Below are positions 28,640-37,939 of a stretch of 47,342 nt of DNA, one piece after another. The position numbers and the translations under genes were made by a program. This DNA comes from Sphingomonas sp. (lineage in GTDB: Bacteria; Pseudomonadota; Alphaproteobacteria; Sphingomonadales; Sphingomonadaceae): the NCBI GenBank assembly GCA_032907585.1, contig JAJJPO010000117.1:1-47342 (forward strand), read 5' to 3'. The notes beneath the pieces were generated by a model. It was given only the letters and a program-made list of their open reading frames with translations, made no database searches and was not told the DNA's origin. The first letter of the stretch is position 1. The number at the start of each line of letters is the position of its first letter.

Positions 28640-29406
28640 CGGGTTCCGGTCATCATGTCGGGCTCTGCCGTCGCCGGCGTTCCTTCGGCTTCGAGCGGTG
28701 CGCCGAAGTTCCACAGCGCCAGCCTCGGCGCGCACAGTCCCTGGTCGTCGGGATCAAATTCAAAGGCGCATACGCCGCAATTGAGAACGTCGGCCTTCTT
28801 GTCGATTTCGAGGATCTGCCCCTCGGTCAGCTCCTCGAGGATATAGCGCATGCAAAGCACCACGACCTGGTGGCAAACGACGAGCACGCGCCGGTCGGCA
28901 TAATGGAGGTTGATGGTGTTGAGCATCGACCGAAGGCGCAAAATGACGTCGGCCCAGCTCTCGCCGCCCGGGGGCCGGTGGTAGAATTTGCCCATCTTTG
29001 CACGGTGCGCGGCCTCCTCGGGGAATTTCTCGCGAATGCCGAGCGTCGTCAGTCCATCGAATACGCCGAACTCCCGCTCGCGCAGCCGCTCGTCGAGGAT
29101 GGTCGGCTTGGCGCCGCCCGACAGGCCGCCCGCGTCGCAGATGGCCTGTGCGGTCTGCCTGGCGCGGACATAGGGCGATGACAGGATGACTTGCGGCTTT
29201 TCATCTTCGCCGAGCGACGCGAACCAGTGGCCGACGGCCCTTGCCTGCCTGTGGCCCAGCCCGGACAGCGGGACGTCGACGTCCCTTATGTCGAGGTCGA
29301 TGTTCGTCAGCCCCGCCTCGTGGGCGGCGTCCCGGGCGACATTGCCGTCGCTTTGCCCGTGTCGCACCAGGTAGAGCCGTTCCGGCCAATGCTGTCCGTG
29401 CCGCAT
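28636..29406 (-). CDS. Histidine phosphatase (phosphoglycerate mutase family)
   Basis: LVRHGQS, SSPYVRARQTA, LRERE.G, PGGES, VVCHQ; AGGAGA SD before ATG 29406. Confidence 0.9.
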   Translation of the reverse strand: MRHGQHWPERLYLVRHGQSDGNVARDAAHEAGLTNIDLDIRDVDVPLSGLGHRQARAVGHWFASLGEDEKPQVILSSPYVRARQTAQAICDAGGLSGGAKPTILDERLREREFGVFDGLTTLGIREKFPEEAAHRAKMGKFYHRPPGGESWADVILRLRSMLNTINLHYADRRVLVVCHQVVVLCMRYILEELTEGQILEIDKKADVLNCGVCAFEFDPDDQGLCAPRLALWNFGAPLEAEGTPATAEPDMMTGTR

Positions 29407-29562
29407 CGTTTCTCCTAACCAAACGTCTTCAAAGCCCGACGGCGCAAATTGGTTCAGCAAGGCAGCCGAGTCGCCTCGTGAAACAGCTGCTGGATGGGGG
29501 TGATGCCTGCCTTGAAAAGGCCCGTCCATGGCTCGCATTTGCAACGACTTGGCTCGAGTTTA

Positions 29563-29594
29563 TTGACTTCTGTTAATTTTTTGTAAACCATAAC
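29563..29594 (+). promoter_or_regulatory. AT-rich promoter with TTGACT -35-like hexamer and CtrA-like box
   Basis: TTGACT 29563-29568; TTAA-ttttttg-TAAACCAT 29573-29591, one mismatch from TTAA-N7-TTAAC. Confidence 0.6.
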
Positions 29595-29622
29595 GGTTCT
29601 CTCACAGCTACAGGGGGTGCAC

Positions 29623-31203
29623 GTGACTACCGTCCAGGAGACCCGTTCCAGTAAGCGTTATCTTCTCACCGGAGCCGCCATTATCGGCGTCGCGCTTGCT
29701 GCCTACGGGGTAGGCCGCGTCTATCCGCCGCTAGGCCCGACCGAGGGGACGATCGCACCCGCGCAGCGCTACGTCGCTTCGCAGGTCGGGGAAGGGGACG
29801 TCACTCTTGGCGATACTTCGATCCCGCAGCTCATGCAGACCGATGCCTTCGAAGTGATGTCGAAAAACCCGGATTTCAGGGCCCTTGCGGCCGACCCGGG
29901 ATTTGCGGCGCTGGCCCAGAACAGCCAGGCGATGGCCGCGATCGCGGCCAATCCGGCCGCGTTCGCAGCACTTGCCAAGAACCCGCAGGCTTTCCAGCAG
30001 GCGGTCAGCTCGGCCCAGTCGCTTTCGGCGATGGCCAGGGGCGCCAACGCTGCCCAGGCGCAGGCTTTCGCCGCCATGTCTTCGCATTCCCAGGCCTTTT
30101 CGGCCCTGGCGAGACATCCGGCCGCCTTCGCGGCCGTTGCGCGTGATGCAGCGGCATTCGCCGGCTTTGCAAAGAATCCCAGTGCCTTTGCAGCTGCCGC
30201 GCGAAACCCGTCGTCCATGCAGGCGATGTCCCGCGACGCGGCTGCGTTCCAGGCGCTTTCGCGTGACGCTGCTGCGATGCAGGCAATCGCCCGCGACGCG
30301 AGCGCCTTCAGCTCCATGGCAAGCAACGCTGCCGCCTTCAGTGCGCTGGCCAAAAATGCCCAGGCGCTGTCGCTCGCGGCAAAGAGCGCCCAGGCATTTG
30401 CCGCCAATGCGTCGAAGGCAAGCCTCGACGCCGCGGCCGCCTCGGCGATGGCCCAGCACTCCTCGGCTTTCCATGCGCTCTCGCTGCAGCCCCAGGCCTT
30501 TGCCGCCGTTGCCAGGCAACCGCAGGCATTCGCCGCCCTTGCAAAGCATCCGGCGGCCTTTGCGGCGATCGCCCGCAACCCGGCGGCGTTCGCCGGCTTT
30601 GCCAAGAACCCCAGCGCCTTTGCAGCGGCCGCGCGGAGCCCGGGAACCTTTGCGGCCATGTCTCGCGATGCGCAGGCATTCCAGGCGCTCTCGCGCGATG
30701 CCGCGGCAATGCAGGCGCTCTCGCGCGATGCCAGCGCGTTCAGCGCCATGGCGAGAAACGCCGACGCCTTCCGGGCGCTCGCGGCCAATTCCCAGGCATT
30801 CAATGCCGCGATAAACTCCAAGCTGCTCGACGCGCTCGCAGGCAATGCCAGGGCGTTCAGCGCATTGGCCTCCAACGCCAGCGCCCTGTCGGCCGCTGCC
30901 CAGGCGGCCCAGGCGTTCAACGCTGCCTCGGCGGCGGCAGAGCTTGCCGCTCGCGGGCGGTTTGATGCGAGGGCGATGCAGGCCATGGCCGCACATCCCC
31001 AGGCCTTTGCTGCCATGTCGGCCCAACCGCAGGCATTCGCTGCCGTTGCAAAGGATGCCCGTGCGCTTCAGGCCATCTCCCGCAATGCCAGCGCGTTCAA
31101 CGCGCTGCAGGGGGTTTCGCAGTTCCGGGTGCTGGCGGCCAACCCGTCATTCGCCGCGGCGATGCGCGATTCCAATTTCACGGCCCGATTTGCCGCGAGA
31201 TAG
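29623..31203 (+). CDS. Membrane-targeted Ala-rich protein with about 40 tandem decapeptide repeats, unknown family
   Basis: AGGGGG SD then GTG 29623; basic N-terminus plus hydrophobic segment; repeats of consensus AF.A(L/M)A(K/R)(N/D)(P/A). Confidence 0.85.
   Translation: MTTVQETRSSKRYLLTGAAIIGVALAAYGVGRVYPPLGPTEGTIAPAQRYVASQVGEGDVTLGDTSIPQLMQTDAFEVMSKNPDFRALAADPGFAALAQNSQAMAAIAANPAAFAALAKNPQAFQQAVSSAQSLSAMARGANAAQAQAFAAMSSHSQAFSALARHPAAFAAVARDAAAFAGFAKNPSAFAAAARNPSSMQAMSRDAAAFQALSRDAAAMQAIARDASAFSSMASNAAAFSALAKNAQALSLAAKSAQAFAANASKASLDAAAASAMAQHSSAFHALSLQPQAFAAVARQPQAFAALAKHPAAFAAIARNPAAFAGFAKNPSAFAAAARSPGTFAAMSRDAQAFQALSRDAAAMQALSRDASAFSAMARNADAFRALAANSQAFNAAINSKLLDALAGNARAFSALASNASALSAAAQAAQAFNAASAAAELAARGRFDARAMQAMAAHPQAFAAMSAQPQAFAAVAKDARALQAISRNASAFNALQGVSQFRVLAANPSFAAAMRDSNFTARFAAR
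29845..31200 (+). repeat. Degenerate 30-nt coding tandem repeat array with a 432-nt-offset higher-order duplication
   Basis: AFAGFAKNPSAFAAAAR at 30154 and 30586; blocks about 30094-30366 and 30526-30798 align. Confidence 0.85.
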
Positions 31204-31243
31204 ACCGGGCCGCCGGGCCGCCGGCGCGTAGGGGTGGGGTAGT

Positions 31244-34200
31244 ATGAAGTGGCGAGGCGCACGCCGCCACCGGCGATGGACAGGAGGTACGGCGGCGCTG
31301 TTGCTTGGCAGCGCCGCCAGCGGAGCCCTCGCCCAGTCGCAGCCAGAGCCACTCCCGCCTCCGCCGGACACCACGACCATCGAGGAAGTTCCGGCACCGG
31401 CGACCGATCCCGACGACCCGGCCGCGCCGGCACCGGTCGAGCCGCCAGTCGAGGAACCCGCCCATTCGCCGCCCAACGCGGGCGGGATTCCCCTCTCCAC
31501 GCTCGAGACCGAGAACCAGACGCTCATCTATTTCGACCCCGTCCAGACCTATCTCACGCCCTATGTCGCCCGGGCCTTCGAAAATGCCATCGCCTGGCAC
31601 AAGGACCGATTTCGCTGGGAGCCCTGGGAGCCGACGACGGTGCTGCTCAAGGACTTCGGCGACTTCGGCAACGCCGGCGCGCGCTCAAGCCCCAATAATG
31701 CCGTCCTGCTCGATGTTGCGCCCGTATCCCAGCGGATGGAGACGTTCACCCCGGGGGAACGCTTCTATACGCTGATCAACCATGAGCTCGCGCATGTCGC
31801 GACGCTCGATGCCTGGAACAGCCGCGACGCCTTCTGGAGGCGGCTTCTCGGTGGCAGCCCGATCATAAACAAAGACCATCCCGAATCGATCCTCTACAAT
31901 TATCTGACCACGCCCAGGAACAATGTCCCGCGCTGGTATGCCGAGGGTTCCGCCGTCTTTTTCGAGACATGGATGGCCGGCGGGCTGGGCAGGGCCCAGG
32001 GCGGCTACGACGAGATGGTGTTCCGGGCCAAGGTCCGCGACAAGGACAAGCTCTACTCGCCGCTGGGGCTGGAGAGCGAAGGCATCGCCATCGATTTCCA
32101 GATCGGCGCCAACGACTATCTCTATGGCACGCGCTTCTTTTCATGGCTGGCGCTGACCTATGGTCCCGAAAGGGTCATGGAATGGCTTCGCCGGGACGAT
32201 CGGAGCGCCAGCTTCTACGCAAGCCAGTTCCGCCGGGCTTTCGGCAAGCGGCTGGACGACGCCTGGAGCGACTGGCACGCCTTTGAACGCGAGTTCCAGG
32301 CGGCCAATCTTGCCCGCCTCGCGCAATTCCCGCTGACCGACGTGAAGCATCTCAGCCCGCGCGGCCTCGGTTCCATGTCCCGTGGCTATATCGACGAGCA
32401 GACCAACAGCCTGGTCGCGGCATTCCGCTTCCCCGGGCAGATCGGCTTCATCGGCAGGATGGACCTCGCCACCGGGAAGCTGCGCAAGCTCTCGGACCTC
32501 AAGGGCATGATGCTCTACTTCGTGACCAACGTTGCCTTCGATCCCGAGGGCCGAAAGGCCTTTTATGTCGATGACAACCATGCGTACCGCGACGTCATGG
32601 AGGTCGATGTCGACACCGGCGCCAAGCGGATGCTGCTCCGCGATGCCCGCATCGGCGACCTCGTGTTCAATCGCCACGACCGGTCGATCTGGGGGATCCG
32701 TCACCAGAATGGCTATGCGACCATCGTCAGGATCCCGCCGCCCTACGCGGGGTTCAACCAGATCCACACGTTCGACTATGGCACCACGCCGTTCGACCTC
32801 GACATCTCGCCCGACGGCCTGATGGTCTCGGCCAGCTATGGCGAGATCAACGGCAGCCAGTCGGGTGCGTGTGTGGAACCTGCAGACGCTGCAGGACGGC
32901 GGCGGACTCGAGGAGGTCGCACGGCTCGAACTGCCGCCGTCGACACCCGAAGGCTTCACTTTCTCTCCCGACGGCCAGTCGCTCTACGGGACCAGCTATT
33001 ATACCGGCGTTTCCAATGTCTTCAGGTTCGACATCGCGACCCAGAAATATGAGGTGCTTACCAACGCCTCGACCGGCTTTTTCCGACCGCTGGTTCGGCC
33101 CGACGGGCAGTTGCTCGTCTATGAGTATACGGGCGAGGGGCTGACGCCCTCGCTCATCCGGCCCGAGCCGCGCGAGGACCTTGGCACGATCGAGTTCCTC
33201 GGAACTAGGGTCGTCAACACTCACCCCGAGCTCAAGGGGTGGGGAGTGGGATCGCCGGCCTCGATCGACCTCGACTCCAGGATCACCCGGAGGGACCGTT
33301 ACCGGGCGACCAGCCGGATGAAGCTCGCTGCACGCTATCCCGTCGTCGAAGGCTATAAGCAGAAGCCCGCGCTCGGCTATTATGTCCATTTCGAGGACCC
33401 GCTGCAGTTCCACCAGCTCAGTGCTACCCTCAGCGTCTCGCCATTTGGCGACCTGCCTTCGAGCGAGCGCTTTCATGCCGACATCGTCTACAAGACGTTG
33501 AACTGGAAGCTTCGCTACTGGCACAATGACGCCGACATCTACGACCTTGCCGGCCCGGTGCTGCGCAGCCGCAAGGGCGATGCCTTCATCGTCAGCTACG
33601 AGAAGGCGCAGATCTATGATCCGCCGCGCCAGCTCGACCTGTTCGGAAGCGTCGCGGGCTATTTCGGGCTCGAGCAGCTGCCCAGCGCGCAGAATATCCC
33701 GAGCCCCAAGGACATTTATTCGGTCGAACTTGGAGTGCGCTACACCAATACCCGGGCCTCGCTTGGCAGCGTCGACCATGAAAAGGGCATTGCCTGGCGG
33801 GTGATCGGCGGCGCCGACCATGCCGATGGAGACAATTTCCCGCACATCTGGGGAGGCGTTGACTACGGCGTTCCGCTGCCGATCTCCAACAGCTCCATCT
33901 GGGCCTATGCCCAGGCCGGGATTGCCGGCGGCAATTCGGCGAGCCCGCTCGGCGCCTATTATTTCGGCAGCTTCCGCAACAATTACGTCGATAACCGGCC
34001 CGAGAAGCGGTACCGCGAAATGGAAAGCTTTCCGGGCTTCGAGATCGACCAGATCGCTGCTCGGAAATTCGCCAAGTTCACCGGCGAGCTGAACCTCCCG
34101 CCCGTGCGTTTCGAGGAAATCGGAACCGCCGCATTTTTCCTCAGCTACGCCCGCCCGGCGCTGTTCGGCGGGACGATGCTGTTGCGTTCGCCTGAAAAGC

Positions 34201-34358
34201 GCAGTTACCGATTGTTCGATGTCGGGGCGCAGGTCGATCTTGGCTTTACGGTCGTCATGCGCCTGCCAATGGTATTGTCAGTAGGGGTGGGGCGAGGTTT
34301 TGGCGACAAGGACATCGATGGGCGGACGGAATGGATGGCATCGCTGAAAATCCTCTGA
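31244..34358 (+). CDS. Predicted outer-membrane gluzincin + TolB/PD40 propeller + Omp85-like barrel protein (about 1037 aa), with a +1 frameshift at 32863-32865
   Basis: Signal peptide, Pro-rich linker, INHELAH (HELAH 31781-31795) plus WYAEG, DISPDG/FSPDG, alternating aromatic beta strands at C-terminus; removing one G joins ORFs 31244..33052 and 32838..34358 as ...GEINGSQSVRVWNL... Confidence 0.75.
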
Positions 34359-34371
34359 GCGACGGGAGGTG

Positions 34372-35415
34372 ATGCTGACCCAGCTCATCGACTGGTCGAT
34401 CGCCCTCCTTCCCGTGCTGCTCATGGCGATGATCTTTTCCTGGCTCGACGTTTTCAAGCTGATGTCGAAGAGCGAGATGCTCGCGCTGCTGCTGGTCGGG
34501 GCGCTCGCCGCGCTGCTTGCCTGGCCGGTCAGTGGCAGGATGCTCGACACGCTTCCGATCGGCTACAGCTTCTACAGCCGCTTCGTCGCTCCGTGGATCG
34601 AGGAGGCCCTCAAGGGCCTCGCGGTCGCGCTGCTCTTCCTTTCCAACCGCATCGGCTACAAGCTCGACGCCATCATTTCCGGCTTCGCAGTGGGCGCGGG
34701 TTTCTCGGTCGTCGAGAATATCCTCTACCTCGTCCGCTATAGCGAGCTTCCTGTCTCGGTGTGGCTCGTCAGGGGGCTCGGGACCGCAGTCATGCACGGG
34801 GCAACGGCTGCCATCCTCGCCGCTCTTGCCCATGAGCTGGCGGAGCGAACGCTCCGCGCCGAGGGCCGGCGCGGCTTCAACCCGCTTTGGCTGGTGCCGG
34901 GCTATGCCGTTGCAGGGCTGCTCCACCTCATCTTCAACCAGTTTCCGGACTATCCCACCGAGGTGATGCTGGCGACGCTCGCTACTGCGCCGGCGCTGCT
35001 GGTCGCAGTGATGCACTTCGGCGAGCGCGAGGCACATCGCTGGCTCGAGGAAGAAAGCAGGAGCCATCGCCTGTGGCTCGCCCAGTGGGAAGATGGCGGC
35101 TTTCCCGACGACCCGAGCGGGCAGCGGATCAAGGCTCTCTGCGAGCGCGTCTCGCCAGGCGAGGCGGGGCTCATTCGCGACTTCTGCCGGCTCAAGACGC
35201 AGCTGGTGCTAATAGCCGAAGAAGAATTGTTCGACCGCGACCGCAGGCTCGAGCAGGGCGAATCCGAGCGGGTCCGATCCCTGCTGGCCCGTCTCGGCCG
35301 CGCCGAACGCGATCTTGGCCGTGCAGGCCAGGCTGCGCTCCGGCCGCTGCTTCCGTTCAGCCGGAACGACGACTGGGAGCTTTCCGAGCTTCGCGAGCTG
35401 GTCGAGCGCGATTGA
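34372..35415 (+). CDS. PrsW-family glutamic intramembrane protease with long C-terminal soluble extension
   Basis: Multiple TM helices; APWIEEALK, GAGFSVVEN, AVMHG, LLHLIFN = the four PrsW motifs. Confidence 0.88.
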   Translation: MLTQLIDWSIALLPVLLMAMIFSWLDVFKLMSKSEMLALLLVGALAALLAWPVSGRMLDTLPIGYSFYSRFVAPWIEEALKGLAVALLFLSNRIGYKLDAIISGFAVGAGFSVVENILYLVRYSELPVSVWLVRGLGTAVMHGATAAILAALAHELAERTLRAEGRRGFNPLWLVPGYAVAGLLHLIFNQFPDYPTEVMLATLATAPALLVAVMHFGEREAHRWLEEESRSHRLWLAQWEDGGFPDDPSGQRIKALCERVSPGEAGLIRDFCRLKTQLVLIAEEELFDRDRRLEQGESERVRSLLARLGRAERDLGRAGQAALRPLLPFSRNDDWELSELRELVERD

Positions 35416-35460
35416 CGCCTACCTCTGCCCGTGGCAGCGCGCTTCCAACCGGGAGTAGAT

Positions 35461-36993
35461 ATGGCAACCACCATCGAAGAGCTTGAGGCACGGCGCGCCC
35501 AGGCACGCCTTGGGGGCGGGGAAAAGCGCATCGAGGCGCAGCACGCCAAGGGGCGCCTGACGGCGCGCGAGCGGCTTGGAGTCCTGCTCGATCCTGGCAG
35601 TTTCGAAGAATATGACATGTTCGTCGAGCATAACTGCGCCGACTTCGGCATGGAGGACCAGCGTATCCCGGGCGACGGCGTCGTCACCGGCTCGGGGACC
35701 ATCAACGGCCGGCTGGTCTATGTCTTCGCCCAGGATTTCACCGTCTTCGGTGGCTCCCTCTCGGAGCGCCACGCCCAGAAGATCTGCAAGGTGATGGACG
35801 CCGCGATGAAGGTCGGCGCGCCGGTCATCGGGCTCAATGATTCCGGCGGAGCCAGGATCCAGGAAGGCGTAGCCTCGCTTGGCGGCTATGCCGAGGTGTT
35901 CCAGCGCAACGTGCTGGCCAGCGGCGTCATCCCGCAGATCAGCCTGATCATGGGCCCGTGCGCCGGCGGGGCGGTCTATTCGCCGGCGATGACCGACTTC
36001 ATCTTCATGGTGAAGGACAGCAGCTACATGTTCGTCACCGGCCCCGACGTGGTGAAGACCGTCACCAACGAGGTGGTGACCCAGGAAGAACTTGGAGGCG
36101 CCGTCACTCATACGACCCGGTCGGGCGTCGCGGACGTCGCGTTCGAAAATGACATCGACGCGCTGCTGGCGACCAGGCAGTTCTTCGATTTCCTGCCCCT
36201 CTCCAATCGGCACGACATTCCCGAGCGGCCTTGCTCCGACCCCTGGGACCGGCTCGAGAGCAGCCTCGATACGCTGATCCCTCCGTCGGCCAACCAGCCC
36301 TATGACATGCACGAGCTAATCCGGAAGGTCGCCGACGAAGGCGATTTCTTCGAGCTCCAGCCAAATCACGCGGGCAACATCATCATCGGCTTCTGCCGCA
36401 TCGAGGGCCGCACGGTCGGGGTGGTGGCGAACCAGCCGATGGTGCTGGCGGGCTGCCTCGACATCAATGCCTCGAAGAAGGCCGGTCGCTTTGTCCGCTT
36501 CTGCGACGCGTTCGACATACCCATATTGACCTTCGTCGACGTGCCCGGCTTCCTCCCGGGCGTCGGCCAGGAACATCATGGCATCATCAAGCACGGCGCA
36601 AAGCTGCTCTTCGCCTTCGCCGAAGCCACCGTGCCCAAGATCACCGTGATTACCCGCAAGGCCTATGGCGGGGCATATGACGTCATGGCGTCGAAGCATC
36701 TTCGCGGCGATCTCAACTATGCCTGGCCAACGGCGGAAATCGCGGTGATGGGAGCCAAGGGCGCGGTCGAGATCATCTTCCGCAAGGACATCGGCGATGC
36801 CGAGAAGATCGCCGAGCGGACGCGGGAATATGAAGAGCGCTTCGCCAATCCCTTCGTGGCGGCCTCCAAGGGTTTCATCGACGAGGTGATCATGCCCCAT
36901 TCGACGCGCCGGCGTATCGCGCTGGGGCTTCGCAAGCTGCGCGACAAGCAGCTTGAGAATCCCTGGAAGAAGCACGACAACATCCCGCTATGA
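35461..36993 (+). CDS. pccB: Propionyl-CoA carboxylase beta (carboxyltransferase) subunit
   Basis: [53 protein letters not shown]; near mce. Confidence 0.93.
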   Translation: MATTIEELEARRAQARLGGGEKRIEAQHAKGRLTARERLGVLLDPGSFEEYDMFVEHNCADFGMEDQRIPGDGVVTGSGTINGRLVYVFAQDFTVFGGSLSERHAQKICKVMDAAMKVGAPVIGLNDSGGARIQEGVASLGGYAEVFQRNVLASGVIPQISLIMGPCAGGAVYSPAMTDFIFMVKDSSYMFVTGPDVVKTVTNEVVTQEELGGAVTHTTRSGVADVAFENDIDALLATRQFFDFLPLSNRHDIPERPCSDPWDRLESSLDTLIPPSANQPYDMHELIRKVADEGDFFELQPNHAGNIIIGFCRIEGRTVGVVANQPMVLAGCLDINASKKAGRFVRFCDAFDIPILTFVDVPGFLPGVGQEHHGIIKHGAKLLFAFAEATVPKITVITRKAYGGAYDVMASKHLRGDLNYAWPTAEIAVMGAKGAVEIIFRKDIGDAEKIAERTREYEERFANPFVAASKGFIDEVIMPHSTRRRIALGLRKLRDKQLENPWKKHDNIPL

Positions 36994-37448
36994 GCAGCTA
37001 TGGAGCAACGGTCCGCTGGAAGCGCCGGGCGGAGGATGCGTTCGCCGAGGGGCGCTACAGCCGCGCCCATGAATGGCTTTTTGACGGTGGGCATGTCGTT
37101 CCGGCTTCCCCGAGCCCCCATGTCGTCCGGCCACCATTTTCGGACCCCGACGCGGTCGACCCCGAGGAGGCGTTCGTCGCTTCGCTGTCGAGCTGCCACA
37201 TGCTCTTCTTCCTGGACTTTTCGAGGCGGGCCGGGCTCGTCGTCGACAGCTATCTCGACGAGGCGGAAGGAGTGCTGGAGAAAGGCGCGGACGGGCGCAT
37301 GGCGATGACCCGCGTCACCCTTCGGCCGACCGTCGACTGGGGCGGAGAGCCTCCCTCGCGCGAGAAAGTCGCCGAGCTCCATCACCAGGCGCATGAAGCC
37401 TGCTTCATCGCCAACAGTGTCCGGACGGTGGTCACGATCGAGCAGTAG
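36990..37448 (+). CDS. OsmC-family protein
   Basis: [14 protein letters not shown] and [11 protein letters not shown] two-Cys motifs; ATGA overlap with pccB. Confidence 0.9.
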   Translation: MSSYGATVRWKRRAEDAFAEGRYSRAHEWLFDGGHVVPASPSPHVVRPPFSDPDAVDPEEAFVASLSSCHMLFFLDFSRRAGLVVDSYLDEAEGVLEKGADGRMAMTRVTLRPTVDWGGEPPSREKVAELHHQAHEACFIANSVRTVVTIEQ

Positions 37449-37519
37449 AACGCGGCCGGGCCATGTCGGATTGCCCAATAGCCGGTCACCCGCGAGGGCG
37501 GGGCGAAGGAGAATGTTCA

Positions 37520-37939
37520 ATGAAACTGGGCCGACTGAACCATGTCGGAGTAGCTACCGCGTCAATCGAGCGCTCGGTTGAGCTCTTCCGCGAGCGGATG
37601 GGAGCAACCATCGTGCGCGACCCGTTCGACATGCCCGCCCAGGGGGTACGAGTCTGCTTCATCGATACGCCCAACAGCCAGATCGAGCTCATCGAGCCGC
37701 TCGGCGCGCAGTCGCCGATCCTCAAGTTTCTCGAGCGAAACCCGGAAGGGGGGCAGCACCACCTCTGCTTCGAGGTACCGGACATCGAGGCAGCCCGGGC
37801 CTTTTACGACGAAAAGGACGTGCGCATCCTCGGCCCGACACGTATCGGCGCCCATGGCACACCGATATTCTTCCTTCATCCCAAGGACATGGGCGGGGTC
37901 CTGACCGAGATCATGGAGTCCCCACGCCAGGCCCACTAG
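37520..37939 (+). CDS. mce: Methylmalonyl-CoA epimerase
   Basis: MKLGRLNHVGVA, QIELIEP, GGQHHLCFEV, GAHG, FLHPKDMGGVLTE; AAGGAG SD. Confidence 0.95.
   Translation: MKLGRLNHVGVATASIERSVELFRERMGATIVRDPFDMPAQGVRVCFIDTPNSQIELIEPLGAQSPILKFLERNPEGGQHHLCFEVPDIEAARAFYDEKDVRILGPTRIGAHGTPIFFLHPKDMGGVLTEIMESPRQAH

Noticed and set aside
29430-29456. EcfG promoter for the histidine phosphatase-nnrD pair
   Set aside because: Best match TGAAC-N16-GCTT has mismatches in both elements; the similar TGAAC-N17-CGTT at 38929-38954 is also too weak.
29623-29720. Type IV prepilin or lipoprotein leader on the repeat protein
   Set aside because: No Gly/Phe cleavage site with Glu+5, and no Cys for a lipobox.
29731-31026. 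Long antisense and alternative-frame ORFs over the repeat gene (431, 415, 309 aa)
   Set aside because: Expected shadows of Ala-rich, high-GC repeat codons; no SD or motif support.
29845-31200. CRISPR array or DNA-level VNTR
   Set aside because: Periodicity is at protein level with synonymous divergence; no identical repeats with spacers and no cas genes.
29623-35415. Classical RiPP cluster
   Set aside because: No modifying enzyme (radical SAM, YcaO, LanM, ATP-grasp) or ABC exporter; only proteolytic maturation can be supported.
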